From a virus (Duplodnaviria > Caudoviricetes), in the IMG/VR virus record IMGVR_UViG_3300025301_000030, positions 1-40,709 of that record: a DNA stretch of 40,709 nt; one strand, 5' to 3'. The position numbers were made by a program, and so were the translations under genes. Below, one piece after another: positions 23,701-32,275 of the stretch. The first letter of the stretch is position 1, and each line of letters begins with the position of its first letter. Under the pieces are notes generated by a model. The model did no database searches. It was not told the origin of the DNA and was given only the letters and a program-made list of their open reading frames with translations.

Positions 23701-26574
23701 ATCTCTTACATCTCCAATGACCCTGCTTACCTGATCCCAGATATCATCACGAAGCTTCGACCAGTCCTCCTTGGTCCCTTCTGGCAGAATCCGGTCACGA
23801 CGGTATCCCTCAAAGACCCTGTTGATGTCAGCGCCCTCTCCGCCAGAGATCATCTCGTCAATGGACTTTGTCTGCTCAATCCTAAAGTCATTGATCCTTG
23901 ATATGGCTTCCTCAAAGGTGTCTGCGCTAGTCCACACCCTGTTCTTAATCAGGTCTGCAAACTCCTGACGCCAACCCATCAACTCACGGATCTGAGTCCT
24001 TACGGGAACCATGTCGTTAAGGACGCGTACCTCTGACTCTCTGGCGAAGATGTCGGCAAGCGTGTTCTTCATGGACTTGCGAAGATCAAACATCCCGCGA
24101 CGGATGGTCTGCCACGCCTCCTTCCTGGTGGACCTCTTTGACAGATAACTCTCCTCTGCGGATCTAGCGGCCTCCATCCAGTTGTCCAGGAATCCATGCT
24201 CGGCAGCGATTGCCTCCATCTCGGAGCGGAACTGAGGGGGAAGCTCTGCGAAATCTCCGTCCACTGCCTTTTGATAAAGCTGATCTATTCTGTCAAGAGA
24301 TGACATCTTCTCGATTACGCCAGCGGTTGCTGGATCGTGGCGTCCAAGCTCCTTGAAAAGGACTGCGAGCCTGAGGGTTTCATCGTCCGCGCCAAGCCGC
24401 TTAACCTTGTCGTAAAAGTTAGAAGCATCCTGGGCGCTCAGAGTCGCCTTTCTATGGCGATAAACCTCCATCATTTCAGCGTTTCTAAAGGCCGCTTGAT
24501 GCAGAACCCCGTGCCTAGCAACACCCTTCGGGGCGTATGTCGCCCACTTAAGCTGAGATGGCTGATCCCCCATCTCCGACAGCTTCGCCATAGTTGCATC
24601 AATCTCTGGCGTTCTCTCTATCCTCCCCTCGCGTATGCCTCGCTCAAGGTCAACCAAGACGGAGCGGTTCACATCCCCAACAGCGCGCTTGGACGCCATT
24701 GGCTGAGCCTTCTCAAGCATGATGATTGATTCAGCGGTCCTCCGCATCGACTCAAGGTATGGATACCTTTTCATCAACCCCAGGACCATCTTTGTCCTGA
24801 CGTTATCCATGCTGTGAAGCATCCTGTTTCGCTTGAACGCCTGCTCCGCAGTTTCCTTGCCGAACCGAACCGGAGTCTCCCACTTAACAGAGCCAGCCCA
24901 GACGTTGTCCATCGTCTTAACGTCTACGCCCTTGTACTGGACGTTGATCTCTTTAGGAACCTGCTTGCGGCGAATGGACTCGTTTACGATTTCCGCCCAG
25001 GCTTCTTCTGCGCGATAGGTTTCCATCGCCGCCTGCTCTGTTATCTCGTCCTTAGTCAGGGCATCCTCTATGTCTAGGCCCTCTTTCCCTGGGGACGTGT
25101 CGATCCTTCCCGGCCTCCTGGATGGAAGCTTCGAGCCAGCAGCCTCAAGAATGTCGTCTACGACGTGACCCATCATTGGGTTTTTAAGCTGGCTCAGTAT
25201 GCGCGGAGCCTCAACGCCGTAGAAGTTGGGCATTTCGTGCTGGAATGCCACATTCGCTGCGTCAATCTGCTCCTTGCCGTAACTGCTCCTTGCTCCATCC
25301 AAATGCCTTGGGTAAGCATCAGCGGCCTCCTCTGGGGTTAGGTTCCCAGCCCTCACCTGCTTCTGAAGATTGGCCCTCACCTCCTTCTCAAGAAGCTCAT
25401 CAATAAGACCTGCGCCATACTTTGTGTTTCTAACCCCAGCCAAAGAGGCAATCTTTGGGGCCTTCAAAAATATAAGCGGGTCAAACATGACCTGACCGAT
25501 TAGGCCTATGAACTCGTGACCACCCACGCTGCCTTCAGCAGCAGCTTCCTCACGAGCATTCATATACTCTTTCCAGCCGACCCCCTCCTCCCACTCGTGC
25601 TTAGCCCAGTTTGGCGTTATTTCCGCCATTATCCCACCGAGCCCAAAGCCGAGATCGGATAGCGAGTCTGCTCCAAACTGAAAGAGGTTGCTGGCCTCAG
25701 CGTCAATCGCAGCAAGGCGCTCCTTGCCCGTTCCGCCAAAGTCCTTGCCGCCGATCCACCTCTCACTTATCTCGTCTCCGAGCTTGTTTACCGGGAGCCA
25801 GGACATGCTTCTAAGGATCAGGTGCGCGTTTTTGTAAGTCCGCTCCCCGTCCGAATCAATTCCGTGAATGCCGCCGTCAGCCTTCTTGTACTGGTCTGAG
25901 AACCTGTCCCACCAGTCGGAGGGGCTATGCACATCTACAAATCCCTGAGCAATCTCCTTCCTTCGATCCTCTGCGGTTGTATTTATCAGGGCTCGCACCC
26001 AGCGACCAGATACGTTGTCTAGCCACTGAGCCCCTGTGGCGATGCTGTTTAGGGCAAACTTGCCAGCGCCAGCAAGACCCCAGTCAGTTTTTCCAGTCGC
26101 CCTCTTTAGGGCTGCTGGCATCCATTCATTGGTAAACCCCTGAAGGATATCGATTCGCTCTTCGTTGCTGTCGGCCCGGTTGTAGCGCTTGGCGACTTCC
26201 CTGCGCTTCTCGTAATACTCAGGGCTGTTTAGCGCCGGATGGATGGATTCAATCTCCTGCATCGACGGCTCAAGAGACATTTGCCTTGGCATGCGCCTGG
26301 AGGCTTCCTCCTCAGACAGCCTTGATAGAGCGCCCGGTTCCACATGAACCATCGGCGGCTCGTCCTCTGTATCGAGGGCGCGTGGGGTAAATCCGCTAAA
26401 GTCAAAGAGGCCTTCGTGCTGCTTCGGCGCACCAGCATTGATATCCTCTAGGGCTTTAGAACGAACATCTTGAACCAGATCGCCTCCGGGAAACGGATCT
26501 GGCGCTATCGGCTCTGACTTGGGCGAAAAGCCCGAGAAGTCGAACAGCGGCTCTGCCTGCTCATTTGTAGCCAT
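14704..26574 (-). CDS. Giant (3956 aa) polyvalent internal virion/ejection protein
   Basis: Contains a zincin HELLH domain, an ART-PolyVal-like domain (FQRWFGDSKVVDEAGEPLRVYHGT...YLKIENP...GHDGVV...YVAFKPTQIKS), a second zincin-like EELGH domain, glycine-zipper helices and an LPD38-like C-terminus (NYSHLTPVEK..RRLFFFYTW). Confidence 0.85.
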   Translation of the reverse strand: MATNEQAEPLFDFSGFSPKSEPIAPDPFPGGDLVQDVRSKALEDINAGAPKQHEGLFDFSGFTPRALDTEDEPPMVHVEPGALSRLSEEEASRRMPRQMSLEPSMQEIESIHPALNSPEYYEKRREVAKRYNRADSNEERIDILQGFTNEWMPAALKRATGKTDWGLAGAGKFALNSIATGAQWLDNVSGRWVRALINTTAEDRRKEIAQGFVDVHSPSDWWDRFSDQYKKADGGIHGIDSDGERTYKNAHLILRSMSWLPVNKLGDEISERWIGGKDFGGTGKERLAAIDAEASNLFQFGADSLSDLGFGLGGIMAEITPNWAKHEWEEGVGWKEYMNAREEAAAEGSVGGHEFIGLIGQVMFDPLIFLKAPKIASLAGVRNTKYGAGLIDELLEKEVRANLQKQVRAGNLTPEEAADAYPRHLDGARSSYGKEQIDAANVAFQHEMPNFYGVEAPRILSQLKNPMMGHVVDDILEAAGSKLPSRRPGRIDTSPGKEGLDIEDALTKDEITEQAAMETYRAEEAWAEIVNESIRRKQVPKEINVQYKGVDVKTMDNVWAGSVKWETPVRFGKETAEQAFKRNRMLHSMDNVRTKMVLGLMKRYPYLESMRRTAESIIMLEKAQPMASKRAVGDVNRSVLVDLERGIREGRIERTPEIDATMAKLSEMGDQPSQLKWATYAPKGVARHGVLHQAAFRNAEMMEVYRHRKATLSAQDASNFYDKVKRLGADDETLRLAVLFKELGRHDPATAGVIEKMSSLDRIDQLYQKAVDGDFAELPPQFRSEMEAIAAEHGFLDNWMEAARSAEESYLSKRSTRKEAWQTIRRGMFDLRKSMKNTLADIFARESEVRVLNDMVPVRTQIRELMGWRQEFADLIKNRVWTSADTFEEAISRINDFRIEQTKSIDEMISGGEGADINRVFEGYRRDRILPEGTKEDWSKLRDDIWDQVSRVIGDVRDPKTGKQIELSEVWMDFNDMRARTWAEWHRLPEDMANAWYAHTYRNEFPLQAGVNPEMVKEFGRNVLFSHRETGKVVDFYEAARTLRLDEANKLGDELGKIESQMDEITKARDVIDADLAAIKKRFGVAVRTEGGGPDPLKRLGKRWDMLLEESKRHTSNLGSLTTSHRHIANQIIELAQKQYKLVNRAGDEIKAGEILREAPVRGSRRKPKYGIAADPNTEWGLYGNSWEPKIPGSHGIPKLSIGHIIKRIEMAPKEEWPAAQLDIFDDSGRLKDWEANTYAIVDEEGRVIGAQLGGESMGFDLSEIPKPLHGAMDELRDAGYAMNIDGSVVPGYDASPMAFSSADDLSLWVHGEGKLIPFPKGDKPITGLMASPPEGPRGLIRWDDEPVKHTETGITGLDWASFGKKIDELEGAQSVAKWLAKNTDDEASKHILRLIIPVLDDASMTVRVGRGGGDGAPWEVLDGRTAIGKASADRTTGRVAVWLRDDVYGDGGLTVETAVHELLHAATLHRLELSTLLKNKGSALYVAGAELRQLLGDIGEYRIKMLDEYLKEDHPPSFLDKGTAPTSGSQAEIDLWLTSPESRFLDKIGGPDEIIPSELLAWGLTNKKFQDFLIGMKIEGESAWTKFVRIVSELLGIKSNEVNALTELLRITEDIVKAPTADLQRSMYVGGDPVIKAQQQIRSPEFQRWFGDSKVVDEAGEPLRVYHGTMAEFEAFSPEFVGTRLGEPDTLAGEAYFFVTDKASATYIGTRGRIDRLPEYKGLEVYLKIENPMEWNPASFGDPDRLSTKVMAELIPRAKELGHDGVVWRSPLLGDTYVAFKPTQIKSTRNVGTFDPKDPRILFSRAEQGLDPLAYTKFEDGKAVIGVFENVKGPEAFTALMEELGHIFRRDLPKQDMEVAAAWVRRELKDKKVVNEKTGRWSELAEEAFARAFVKWVKTGEMPPGFKNQSALREVFQKAKDWLFDVYYVITGREKGRVRAFFGEDAPRHVRAGLPRTGKPAKEIKVTKDLEAVFHRLLDPESLRGQHSPLVRELDDSLVILRSATDDLSVAFAFMRVQASLRDLSGAAGRTEDEADALLADLVSKDVDKVARANRSLDAIKRQASGRHRKAPSLAELGNKSFRTRAELRAQLKKDLTERLGLRSDEVDELLTEHRLRAALSSIKADAKLAEIPPAVPKAADDVAPIIEDIAPAVDEVPSGTSEASVRAEAAEVRAAMGDRHTRSVVLETIKEVAKSSDSPIPTFHKRRGNRIDVTNMGGVDVAVKIKKALRDKGFEANWASGQIGEELLVEWDTAAPGVAEILGRAPVPRPTPELDDVFNIVLPIAKDFNLRGWKDKRHNATSRVGGFNRGRGFVRLTKLSSDKRMFKALAEKLADDGFIVIPTKTSTIFPGMDVMTPAPVRGPRPSRAEGVEKSMYSGPGISQAYDDFFGDIKSLEMRAKDYEGRLQNQRDGGELTKKQHADKLESGRKRFHDQKVSLAQEWLKHRDELRKAAGGAEVAETLPLPLPPKAPTPPTARPHGERGIKADIRVASMEGTRGGPYTVTLKPGWLTPGKFSKVEAKNMQALERAVQKATWQPGVTVRVRPPKKVSGMDFVSEKYPSLLKHMAKDYVSRHPAMARREVRIKDLRSFNSRKATEAANTFDSAWAPIRGQIQDFAYRNVPLTEVNKIVSGLRASTRDLLDSAYRRGDPRRTAPMTDLNAALVGSSREEVASSLGRFESAIAGAKEEVLRLSRGMDDADPLLQDAADIAAIKPAQASDETVQRARDAITWIDGQIKDRETFIRSELTGARKEAKRVRRVVDGEEADTVLGEMLGRAEGGIRVVDAKSELQRALDTMAPPGREMGPRAKVKHDIPDVTKDPKIVVTQISKQMDEILDNMPETREAIMGAAKEMGYDLRTPGEMWNVILNAKKWARSYGDELTLRREIALEAFRHDETMRIYDGLDRATKGKVERLLKNRKLYGVAKDAPPQIKALAKELGMIGEEELFITLKRGRVKVGSKEGFTDEQIEKALKAASLLDDMLEKQLKEMTDAGILVGRDPLILADIDILKAERTLSRDPAERKALTKKIVEAEAKARIPFDKEAFLTRANIGSYIPHIRTNIARGKTAALLRGGMPSTKKGFFEHQRTKASVLDDINEQKRDIISKEDLYHNAMELDRPAWGPGAPFSGMDPELVKQAALEGRLESLFSVDGWERAVSWSRNNLTGSELYEFFEPDFKILTERYIKETNRRTADAIFARDIREMFPVGEEIAKMVEGLSVAAAEIRAREFGYSRLSKYDSVQSATGIPLPKELQAYEDAIMTMLRDLSPEEVASTLRARGISVDVVHIEAMKGMPYTYAPTPYVEYLRWINKPDWAAGNWWMGWLDGFHAVAKSMATISSIAHIALNVSGNHASIAQKLGAGVFNPANHADAMMIFSKLTPADKIMFHKKVGVKHVDSYVTIGNYRKTVGEWREAFDIAGISEAPLSRMYLEEMGAIGPGRTSPQLAGAAAGAGVGAALGGTFAGPIGAAAGGFIGQYPGALLGEILSHGFASDAVKGMSGLSKAGEAVKQGWNRVWFEEMDAFRKAIDVGTAKGAKRSVQYFGERAVGMTAAGAIGSVFGAPGVIASAIAGLSLPSYMRMMTGLNQAAETQARITLAVGELRAGKTLEEAAASVDDALRNYSHLTPVEKHTFRRLFFFYTWDAGNMRFQIHQMIKKPRQAAVFGHFLNGIFKGQFNEEEIQAMPEYLRWQIMIRTGPATAWSLKGLPQQAFIEMLGRWSDGKPAGLLMRARPDLLTLFEFFADKKSVYYGRGWDELSNVKQLKDASPFLKKVAGFPVKKDSKTGKWVASPGQRPVFDKNKKIIGWKDDYRAMHPENFYLMTKLPGYRIIGEQLKLQKSTFTSRATEYEDPADAATGLQRAMAFLTGNRPYSLDFENQLKYYEWEFLEELQRQIKIQDKTFFVDIKRAVRRIPPKDGELEVPSYGRLPVKRTPVEREPIDRGRLEQLMQQAPQ

Positions 26575-26583
26575 CTTGGGATG

Positions 26584-28827
26584 TCATTGAGGCCGGTGAA
26601 GGTGCTTCGCATCCTTCCAGGCCTCCGCTAGGTCTTCGTAGGGGTGATCTGCCACATATTCGGATATCTCATCCTCAATCGCAGGACCGGTTTCATCGTC
26701 CCTGTAATGCTTTAAGTATGTGCTAAGCATATCGTTGTATCTCTTCCTGACTCGTTCAGGCGTTACGTCAGTACCTGTGACATTTCTGCTAGGCCTATAC
26801 TTATCTCCAAACACATCCTCCGCTGATTGGCTAGTCCCCTGATAGGCTCCGCCGCCAAGCTCTGCATCGGATGGAACGATCATTGGATCTCGCTCGGCAC
26901 CACCCTCCCCGGCGACGTCATAAAAGCCAGCCACATATTCTTTAACACCGGCTGCGTTCCACGCATCATCGGTAAACTCAATGTTCTTTTTAGCATCTTC
27001 CAGATACGCGTCCTTGCTAAGCCCAGTTCGCTTGGCGCTGCTCGCAGTTGATCGAAGTATTCTGTCGAACGCTGCCTGCTTATCCCTGTCTTGCTCGCCC
27101 CACCACTGTTCAAATGTAGTGAAGTCCACTACAGCCTCTGCTGGCTCCTCTGCTGCGCGTTTGTTCCAGGCACCATGCCTGCCGAACGCACCAAGGCTAG
27201 CCGAGGCCTGCGCCCCGAAGCCCTGCTGCTTCATGAACTGAGTGGCCTTCTCCATGTTCATTTTTTTGTCCCATGCGTGCTGAGCGGCATTCATCGCAGT
27301 GGGGAATCGAACATCTCTCTGGTTAGACGCTGCGTAATACTCCTGAAGCTTGTTCTCAACCCTCCTTCGGGCGAGAATCAGTGCCTCCCACTCGTCTGGG
27401 AAAAGCTGTCTACCGTCTGGGCCTTCCTGCAATTTCTCATACTTCTCAACCTCACCCCTAAGATCCTCAAGCTCCGCCTGGAGTTGTTTGGTTGTGGCTG
27501 GAGAAGGCTGTCCGGTGCCGGTGCCTGTGGGCGTTCCTGTGCCCTTCTGGTGCAGACCCGTGTACTCATTGATGACCTTTGTGACCTGATTCGCTCTAGT
27601 CTTTGCGAGGGCTAGCTCGTGACTAAACTTGGGATCGGTTTCTATATCGGCCAGAGCTTGAGTGACTTCAGCATCACTAAGCTTTGCAAGCTCCTTGGCG
27701 AGCGCATCGGCGTTGTCGCCAGGATACCTAACGCCAGCTAACCTAGCCTTTATGGTCATTATCCTTCCCGCGAGCCCAAGCTCGGCCTGCTGCTCGCGCT
27801 TAGCGGTCAGATCCTTTCGATATATTTTAGCTAGTTTTCTACTGTAGGTTCTTACCTCTGAGCCAAGGCCCTTGAGGTCCTCTGCGGTTACGCTTGGATC
27901 TACTCCAATTACGTTAAGAGCCTCCCTGGCCGTTGGGTGATCAGTCTTAAGCAGACTGCCTATGTAGCTCACCATAGATGGATCAAGTATGTAGTCAGCC
28001 GGTAGGCCAATCCGTGTGGCCGGGTTCTCCAGCCCCATGTCTGGCTTAAATCTCATCGCCTCCTCAAGCTGACTGGTTGCCACGCCAACCTGGGACCTGA
28101 GGCCCTGCCTCTCGGACAAAAGGGCCTTAAGCTCAACAGAGTCGTCCGTGCCAAGCCTGCCCTTCCTTAACTCTGCCTTCTCCTGAAGCGCCTTAATCCT
28201 GGCCTCTGCCCGCTCAATAGATCCGCCTTCGCCGGTTAGAGAGTTAAGCGCAGCCTCTAGATCACCCATCTTTGCGCGCTGATCTTCTGCGGCACTGTAT
28301 CGAGAGGGCAGATCAAGATCGCTTTTGGTGGCCCTAGATATAGATTTGTAGTGGCTAGGGCTCTCGCCTTCGGTGATTTCTTCTCGGCTTTGCGGCCAAG
28401 TGCCAGCTACTCCACCCGGCCTATACTCTATCTGAGCCCTTTGATTCAGTTCATTGGCAAGCCTTCTTAGTTCGCCAACATTAGCAGCCCCAGACGTCGT
28501 GTCGGCGGGTCTAGCAGCACCGCCGCCACCACCGGTTCCCCTGGCTGGTGTGTCAGACGTGGCAAACTCCTTAAAGATTGCATCAAGCTCACTTCCGCCG
28601 TAACCAAGCTTCTTCGCAATAACTGCCGCCACCTCGGCGCGCTTAAGCTTAACGTCCTGACGCCTGTCGTATTCCTTCTGCCCCCTTGTCGATAGAGACT
28701 GTGCAATAAGGAGTGCCCTTGGGACATCGCCAACGGCCTGAAGGGTGTTCTTGAACGGATCAGATCCGCCCGACATCGCCCCTGCCAGGGTCGGTCCGAA
28801 TATAGATCCTGTTGGTATTGATGCCAT
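26584..28827 (-). CDS. Putative internal virion (ejection) protein (747 aa)
   Basis: Helical/coiled-coil with G/T linkers. Sits between the tail genes and the giant protein, as in podoviruses. Confidence 0.6.
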   Translation of the reverse strand: MASIPTGSIFGPTLAGAMSGGSDPFKNTLQAVGDVPRALLIAQSLSTRGQKEYDRRQDVKLKRAEVAAVIAKKLGYGGSELDAIFKEFATSDTPARGTGGGGGAARPADTTSGAANVGELRRLANELNQRAQIEYRPGGVAGTWPQSREEITEGESPSHYKSISRATKSDLDLPSRYSAAEDQRAKMGDLEAALNSLTGEGGSIERAEARIKALQEKAELRKGRLGTDDSVELKALLSERQGLRSQVGVATSQLEEAMRFKPDMGLENPATRIGLPADYILDPSMVSYIGSLLKTDHPTAREALNVIGVDPSVTAEDLKGLGSEVRTYSRKLAKIYRKDLTAKREQQAELGLAGRIMTIKARLAGVRYPGDNADALAKELAKLSDAEVTQALADIETDPKFSHELALAKTRANQVTKVINEYTGLHQKGTGTPTGTGTGQPSPATTKQLQAELEDLRGEVEKYEKLQEGPDGRQLFPDEWEALILARRRVENKLQEYYAASNQRDVRFPTAMNAAQHAWDKKMNMEKATQFMKQQGFGAQASASLGAFGRHGAWNKRAAEEPAEAVVDFTTFEQWWGEQDRDKQAAFDRILRSTASSAKRTGLSKDAYLEDAKKNIEFTDDAWNAAGVKEYVAGFYDVAGEGGAERDPMIVPSDAELGGGAYQGTSQSAEDVFGDKYRPSRNVTGTDVTPERVRKRYNDMLSTYLKHYRDDETGPAIEDEISEYVADHPYEDLAEAWKDAKHLHRPQ

Positions 28828-29739
28828 TTATGCTGACCCAAAAAGGAAGCTAGAGTCTGACTCGCCTTCAGCGGGACCATATGCCCCCATCAGCGCCCGC
28901 TGGTTGGAGCCGCCAGTGCGAAAGGTGGCACCCTCGTAAGTGGGCGTTCCTGGGGCTGCTCTGAACGATCCTGGCGTAGCGCTCCTTCCCGCAAACCTCC
29001 CAAGACCCTCACGCATGGTGCCAAGCATGTCGGCCTCTGCTGCCAGCCCAGCGGCACCACCAACCGCAGTAGATGCGGCTGCGGTTATACCGCCGATAAT
29101 CGCAGCAAGCGGTGCTGTGATAATGGCCTGAGGACCAGTGCTTGCTGCTGCCAGAGCAAGGGAAATACCGCTTCCAATCAGAGTTCCTGCGGTTGCACCA
29201 CCCGTTCTAGCCAAGCCCGCCCTTGTGGTTCCTCCAGTTTGGTAAGCATGCTTCAGGCCCTCAATGCGTCCCATTCGACCGGGTCGATCAAACCCGCTGA
29301 TTGCAGCCTGCCTAGCTGCCTCTAGCCCAGCGCTTTTAGACAGACTCCCCAGACCCTTGGTTGTGGTCTTGCCCATTTGCTGACCAAGGCTGGTTCCGGC
29401 GAGGCCAAGCCTACTAGCCATTTGGCCGGTTCTCTGACCCGCCGCCCCCGCTGCCTGACTGGAAAGCTCCCTGAATCTCTCATCAGCCCTTTCAACGGCT
29501 TGCTGCTCCTCGGGCTTAATGAAGAAGTCGTAGATGTCCTGCTGCGTAAAGTTAAGACGGCCTTGATAGGCTTCTTTATTGAGCCAGTCCATGAGATCGT
29601 CTTTGCTACTGATCGCAAACTGCATCTCCGAATCTGGGGTTGCTCCCTCGCCATATACCGATGGATCGGCCCTTGGGGCCCACCCCTGATCCATATACTG
29701 CTGAAGCTCTCGCAGTCCTACTGTTTCCTGAACAGCCAT
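28828..29739 (-). CDS. Putative ejection protein with a Gly/Ala-rich hydrophobic hairpin
   Basis: GATAGTLIGSGISLALAAAS...APLAAIIGGITAAASTAVGGAAGLAA. Confidence 0.6.
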   Translation of the reverse strand: MAVQETVGLRELQQYMDQGWAPRADPSVYGEGATPDSEMQFAISSKDDLMDWLNKEAYQGRLNFTQQDIYDFFIKPEEQQAVERADERFRELSSQAAGAAGQRTGQMASRLGLAGTSLGQQMGKTTTKGLGSLSKSAGLEAARQAAISGFDRPGRMGRIEGLKHAYQTGGTTRAGLARTGGATAGTLIGSGISLALAAASTGPQAIITAPLAAIIGGITAAASTAVGGAAGLAAEADMLGTMREGLGRFAGRSATPGSFRAAPGTPTYEGATFRTGGSNQRALMGAYGPAEGESDSSFLFGSA

Positions 29740-30947
29740 TATCTACTCCCTGTGCGATAGAGCCCACCACCAACGCCTGCACCGGACAGCCCGGATAGCG
29801 GGGAAAGTCCGCCGCCCCTGGCCCTTCTAGCATCATTCAGCGCCAGCTTGATCTGTTCATCATCCAGGCCCTGTCGCCTGCCCTCCGCGATTATCTGCTC
29901 GTCGGATGGGATTTGAGATGGCGAGATGCTTCCAGTGCCGTCCTGGTTTAGCTTCATCCCAAGGCCCTGGCCCTGTAGCGCGGCCTGAGCTTCTTCCGGG
30001 CTTTTCGCCTGCCTAAGGCTGGTTTCAACAGGCGAGGCGGGTTGTTCCGCTTCTCGCCCAGGAACCCTATCAAGCGCTCTTTCGGGATTAAAGATCGGGT
30101 CCAGTCGCCTCATCCTCCCGAGGTCCTCACGACTCAGACCGCCCTCTAGCTCCTCTCTGGCAAGCCATGGGTAATGGATTCCTCTAGCCGGATCATTCTT
30201 TATGTCGATCCACCTTTGCAACAGCTCCGGGTTCGCTGCCATGGCTCGCGCTTCCTCCGCCGAAAGGTTAGCCAGCCCACCGACCAGCCCACCGGCCGCT
30301 GGCACCCCCTCATACCATGGAGTGCCAGCCTCCTTGCGAGCCATTCGCTCTTTCATCTCTTGATGAATTGCGGGGCCAAAGCCGCCAATTCGAGCCCCTG
30401 TAGGGTCAGTGTAGACGGTTGAACCACCACCACCAACCAGCGCGCGCGTTGGGTCCTGGTTTCGCTTAATCGACAACTCAGCCAGCTTCTTCTGCTCTTC
30501 GTCAACAAGCTGGTCGATGCCCTTGCCGGTTGCTTCCCGCGCCTTTTCATCAAGAGAGCCCATTACAACAGCAATGTCAGGCACCATCTGAAGTAGCTTT
30601 GTGCCAGCGCCCCACCGCATTCTCTCTAGGGCGTCTTCAAAGCCAATGTCTTCAGCCCTGGCCCTCGTGCGTTGGTCTGCTGCTGCCGCTATGTTTGCAG
30701 ACTCAGCACCAGACTGAGCCGATGCAATGGATGAGGCAAGGCCGGTTGCAATGTTCTGCCGAGCCCTGTTTCTGCCAGCGATTTCCTCGCCATAGATAAT
30801 GTTGCCAGAGGCCATGGGCGAGCTATCAAGCTGGCTTAGCGCCTGGGCGTATTTAATCTGTGCTGGGGCTATCTGCGAAGATGCCTTGCGGCGGAAGTAT
30901 TCTTCCGTAATCGGGTCGCCAAACAGGTTCTGATCCTCAAACGCCAT
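29739..30947 (-). CDS. Putative ejection protein (402 aa)
   Basis: A/G/Q-rich and helical. Call rests on synteny. Confidence 0.55.
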   Translation of the reverse strand: MAFEDQNLFGDPITEEYFRRKASSQIAPAQIKYAQALSQLDSSPMASGNIIYGEEIAGRNRARQNIATGLASSIASAQSGAESANIAAAADQRTRARAEDIGFEDALERMRWGAGTKLLQMVPDIAVVMGSLDEKAREATGKGIDQLVDEEQKKLAELSIKRNQDPTRALVGGGGSTVYTDPTGARIGGFGPAIHQEMKERMARKEAGTPWYEGVPAAGGLVGGLANLSAEEARAMAANPELLQRWIDIKNDPARGIHYPWLAREELEGGLSREDLGRMRRLDPIFNPERALDRVPGREAEQPASPVETSLRQAKSPEEAQAALQGQGLGMKLNQDGTGSISPSQIPSDEQIIAEGRRQGLDDEQIKLALNDARRARGGGLSPLSGLSGAGVGGGLYRTGSR

Positions 30948-30959
30948 GATGGTTCCTGG

Positions 30960-31712
30960 TTAAATATAGATTGCTGTTACAGAGGTATTAGGCGGTCCAC
31001 CCTTAATGTGGTTAAGCATCCACTTGTCGTTGACCGTGCCAACGAGGGTTCGATAGGTATTAAACGTCATAGTCACCTTAAACGTGTGTAGGCCAGCCTC
31101 TACTGTACTAGCCGCTACACCCCAAAAGCTACCGTCAAAGCCCCTTCTTGAGAACGAGTTCTTATTTGTAGACGCAGTTGGGTTTATCGCATAGCGACAT
31201 CTTGTATTTCGGCTAGATAGAGAACTTAAGGCGACACCATCCAGATAGCCTGTGAGGATAACTTCAAAAATGGCCTCAGAGTGTCCGTTTGTTGTTTGCT
31301 GAAAATAATTACCCTCCCTGGCCTGCCAGAAGTGGATCGATGACTCCATGATTAAGCGATTGGCTGGAACCGCCCTCCTCAGGTAGAAGTTGATCGATGA
31401 GCCAGGAATGTCGTACACCTTTCCCTGTGTTACTGGATCGGTAAACGCGGACGATGTCGGCCCAGACGTAGCTCCCTTACTCCAAAGGAGATATGTGTTG
31501 TATCCGGTGTAGTTGTTTCTCCACACCTTCGAGGTCGTGCCTGAGCTGAACTTTGTTGCAGGGATGGATCTGTTATTCCGTATATTGGAGTGACCGCTTT
31601 GGTGGTCGCCAATCCCTCCAGACCACGAGGCGAGATCATCAAACGCACCATCAATAACTGAAGCAGAGAATGGATCGTTGTGCGTGATTAGAGGTGGGTT
31701 CCAGGCTGTCAT
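30960..31712 (-). CDS. Tail/short-fibre-like protein
   Basis: N-terminal anchor motif shared with the two upstream genes, then a beta-rich C-terminal domain. Confidence 0.55.
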   Translation of the reverse strand: MTAWNPPLITHNDPFSASVIDGAFDDLASWSGGIGDHQSGHSNIRNNRSIPATKFSSGTTSKVWRNNYTGYNTYLLWSKGATSGPTSSAFTDPVTQGKVYDIPGSSINFYLRRAVPANRLIMESSIHFWQAREGNYFQQTTNGHSEAIFEVILTGYLDGVALSSLSSRNTRCRYAINPTASTNKNSFSRRGFDGSFWGVAASTVEAGLHTFKVTMTFNTYRTLVGTVNDKWMLNHIKGGPPNTSVTAIYI

Positions 31713-32275
31713 TACACCCTCACCGATATGACTTCTAGATGCGCTTGCTGAACCTCAACGTCTGCCGCAGTGGTGGTCGCGGTGTCGGCCCTTACCTCGA
31801 TGAGGTGATCCGTTTCAGTAGCCTCAAACATATAGAAAAGCTTTATTGATTTATGCTCTAGCGCACCGATTTCCAGGTCTACCCACGACTCCCTTAGGCC
31901 GTCTACGTAGATAGCGGGTCTTAAGATTGCGTTGTTCGCAGAGTGAGTAGCGCTGACCTGGATTCGCGCGTAAACGATTACTGGGCCACCAATGTATGTT
32001 GCGGTTTTAACCGGGGCAGCAGTAAGCGGAACTATCAGTGGGTTTGAGTTAATCGCGGCAGTGGTCAAAGCTACAAGCTGGGTATGGTTTGCCACTATCT
32101 TCCATGATTCAGAATAAATACCAAGCTCGCCTATGTGCCTTAGCTCGATAGAGGAGTCTTCTATTCGGTCGGCGTCTATGTCTTTTGCGGTTGCCGCTAT
32201 AGCCGCAAGGTTGCCGACGACAGAGCTACGAGAGGTCCTCGTTCCCGGCTCTATAAGATAAGGAAAGTCTATCAT
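31712..32275 (-). CDS. Tail/short-fibre-like protein
   Basis: PGT..S-x2-V-x2-NL...IDADRIEDSSI-x3-HI anchor plus a beta sandwich. Confidence 0.55.
   Translation of the reverse strand: MIDFPYLIEPGTRTSRSSVVGNLAAIAATAKDIDADRIEDSSIELRHIGELGIYSESWKIVANHTQLVALTTAAINSNPLIVPLTAAPVKTATYIGGPVIVYARIQVSATHSANNAILRPAIYVDGLRESWVDLEIGALEHKSIKLFYMFEATETDHLIEVRADTATTTAADVEVQQAHLEVISVRV

Noticed and set aside
16112-26438. Many short ORFs overlapping the giant gene
   Set aside because: They are alternative-frame or antisense by-products of a long GC-rich CDS with no independent signals.
14704-26574. Giant protein as a virion RNA polymerase or DarB-like methylase/helicase
   Set aside because: I could not find DxDxD polymerase, T7-type polymerase, NPPY/F or DExH motifs by eye. 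An HMM search is needed to exclude these fully.
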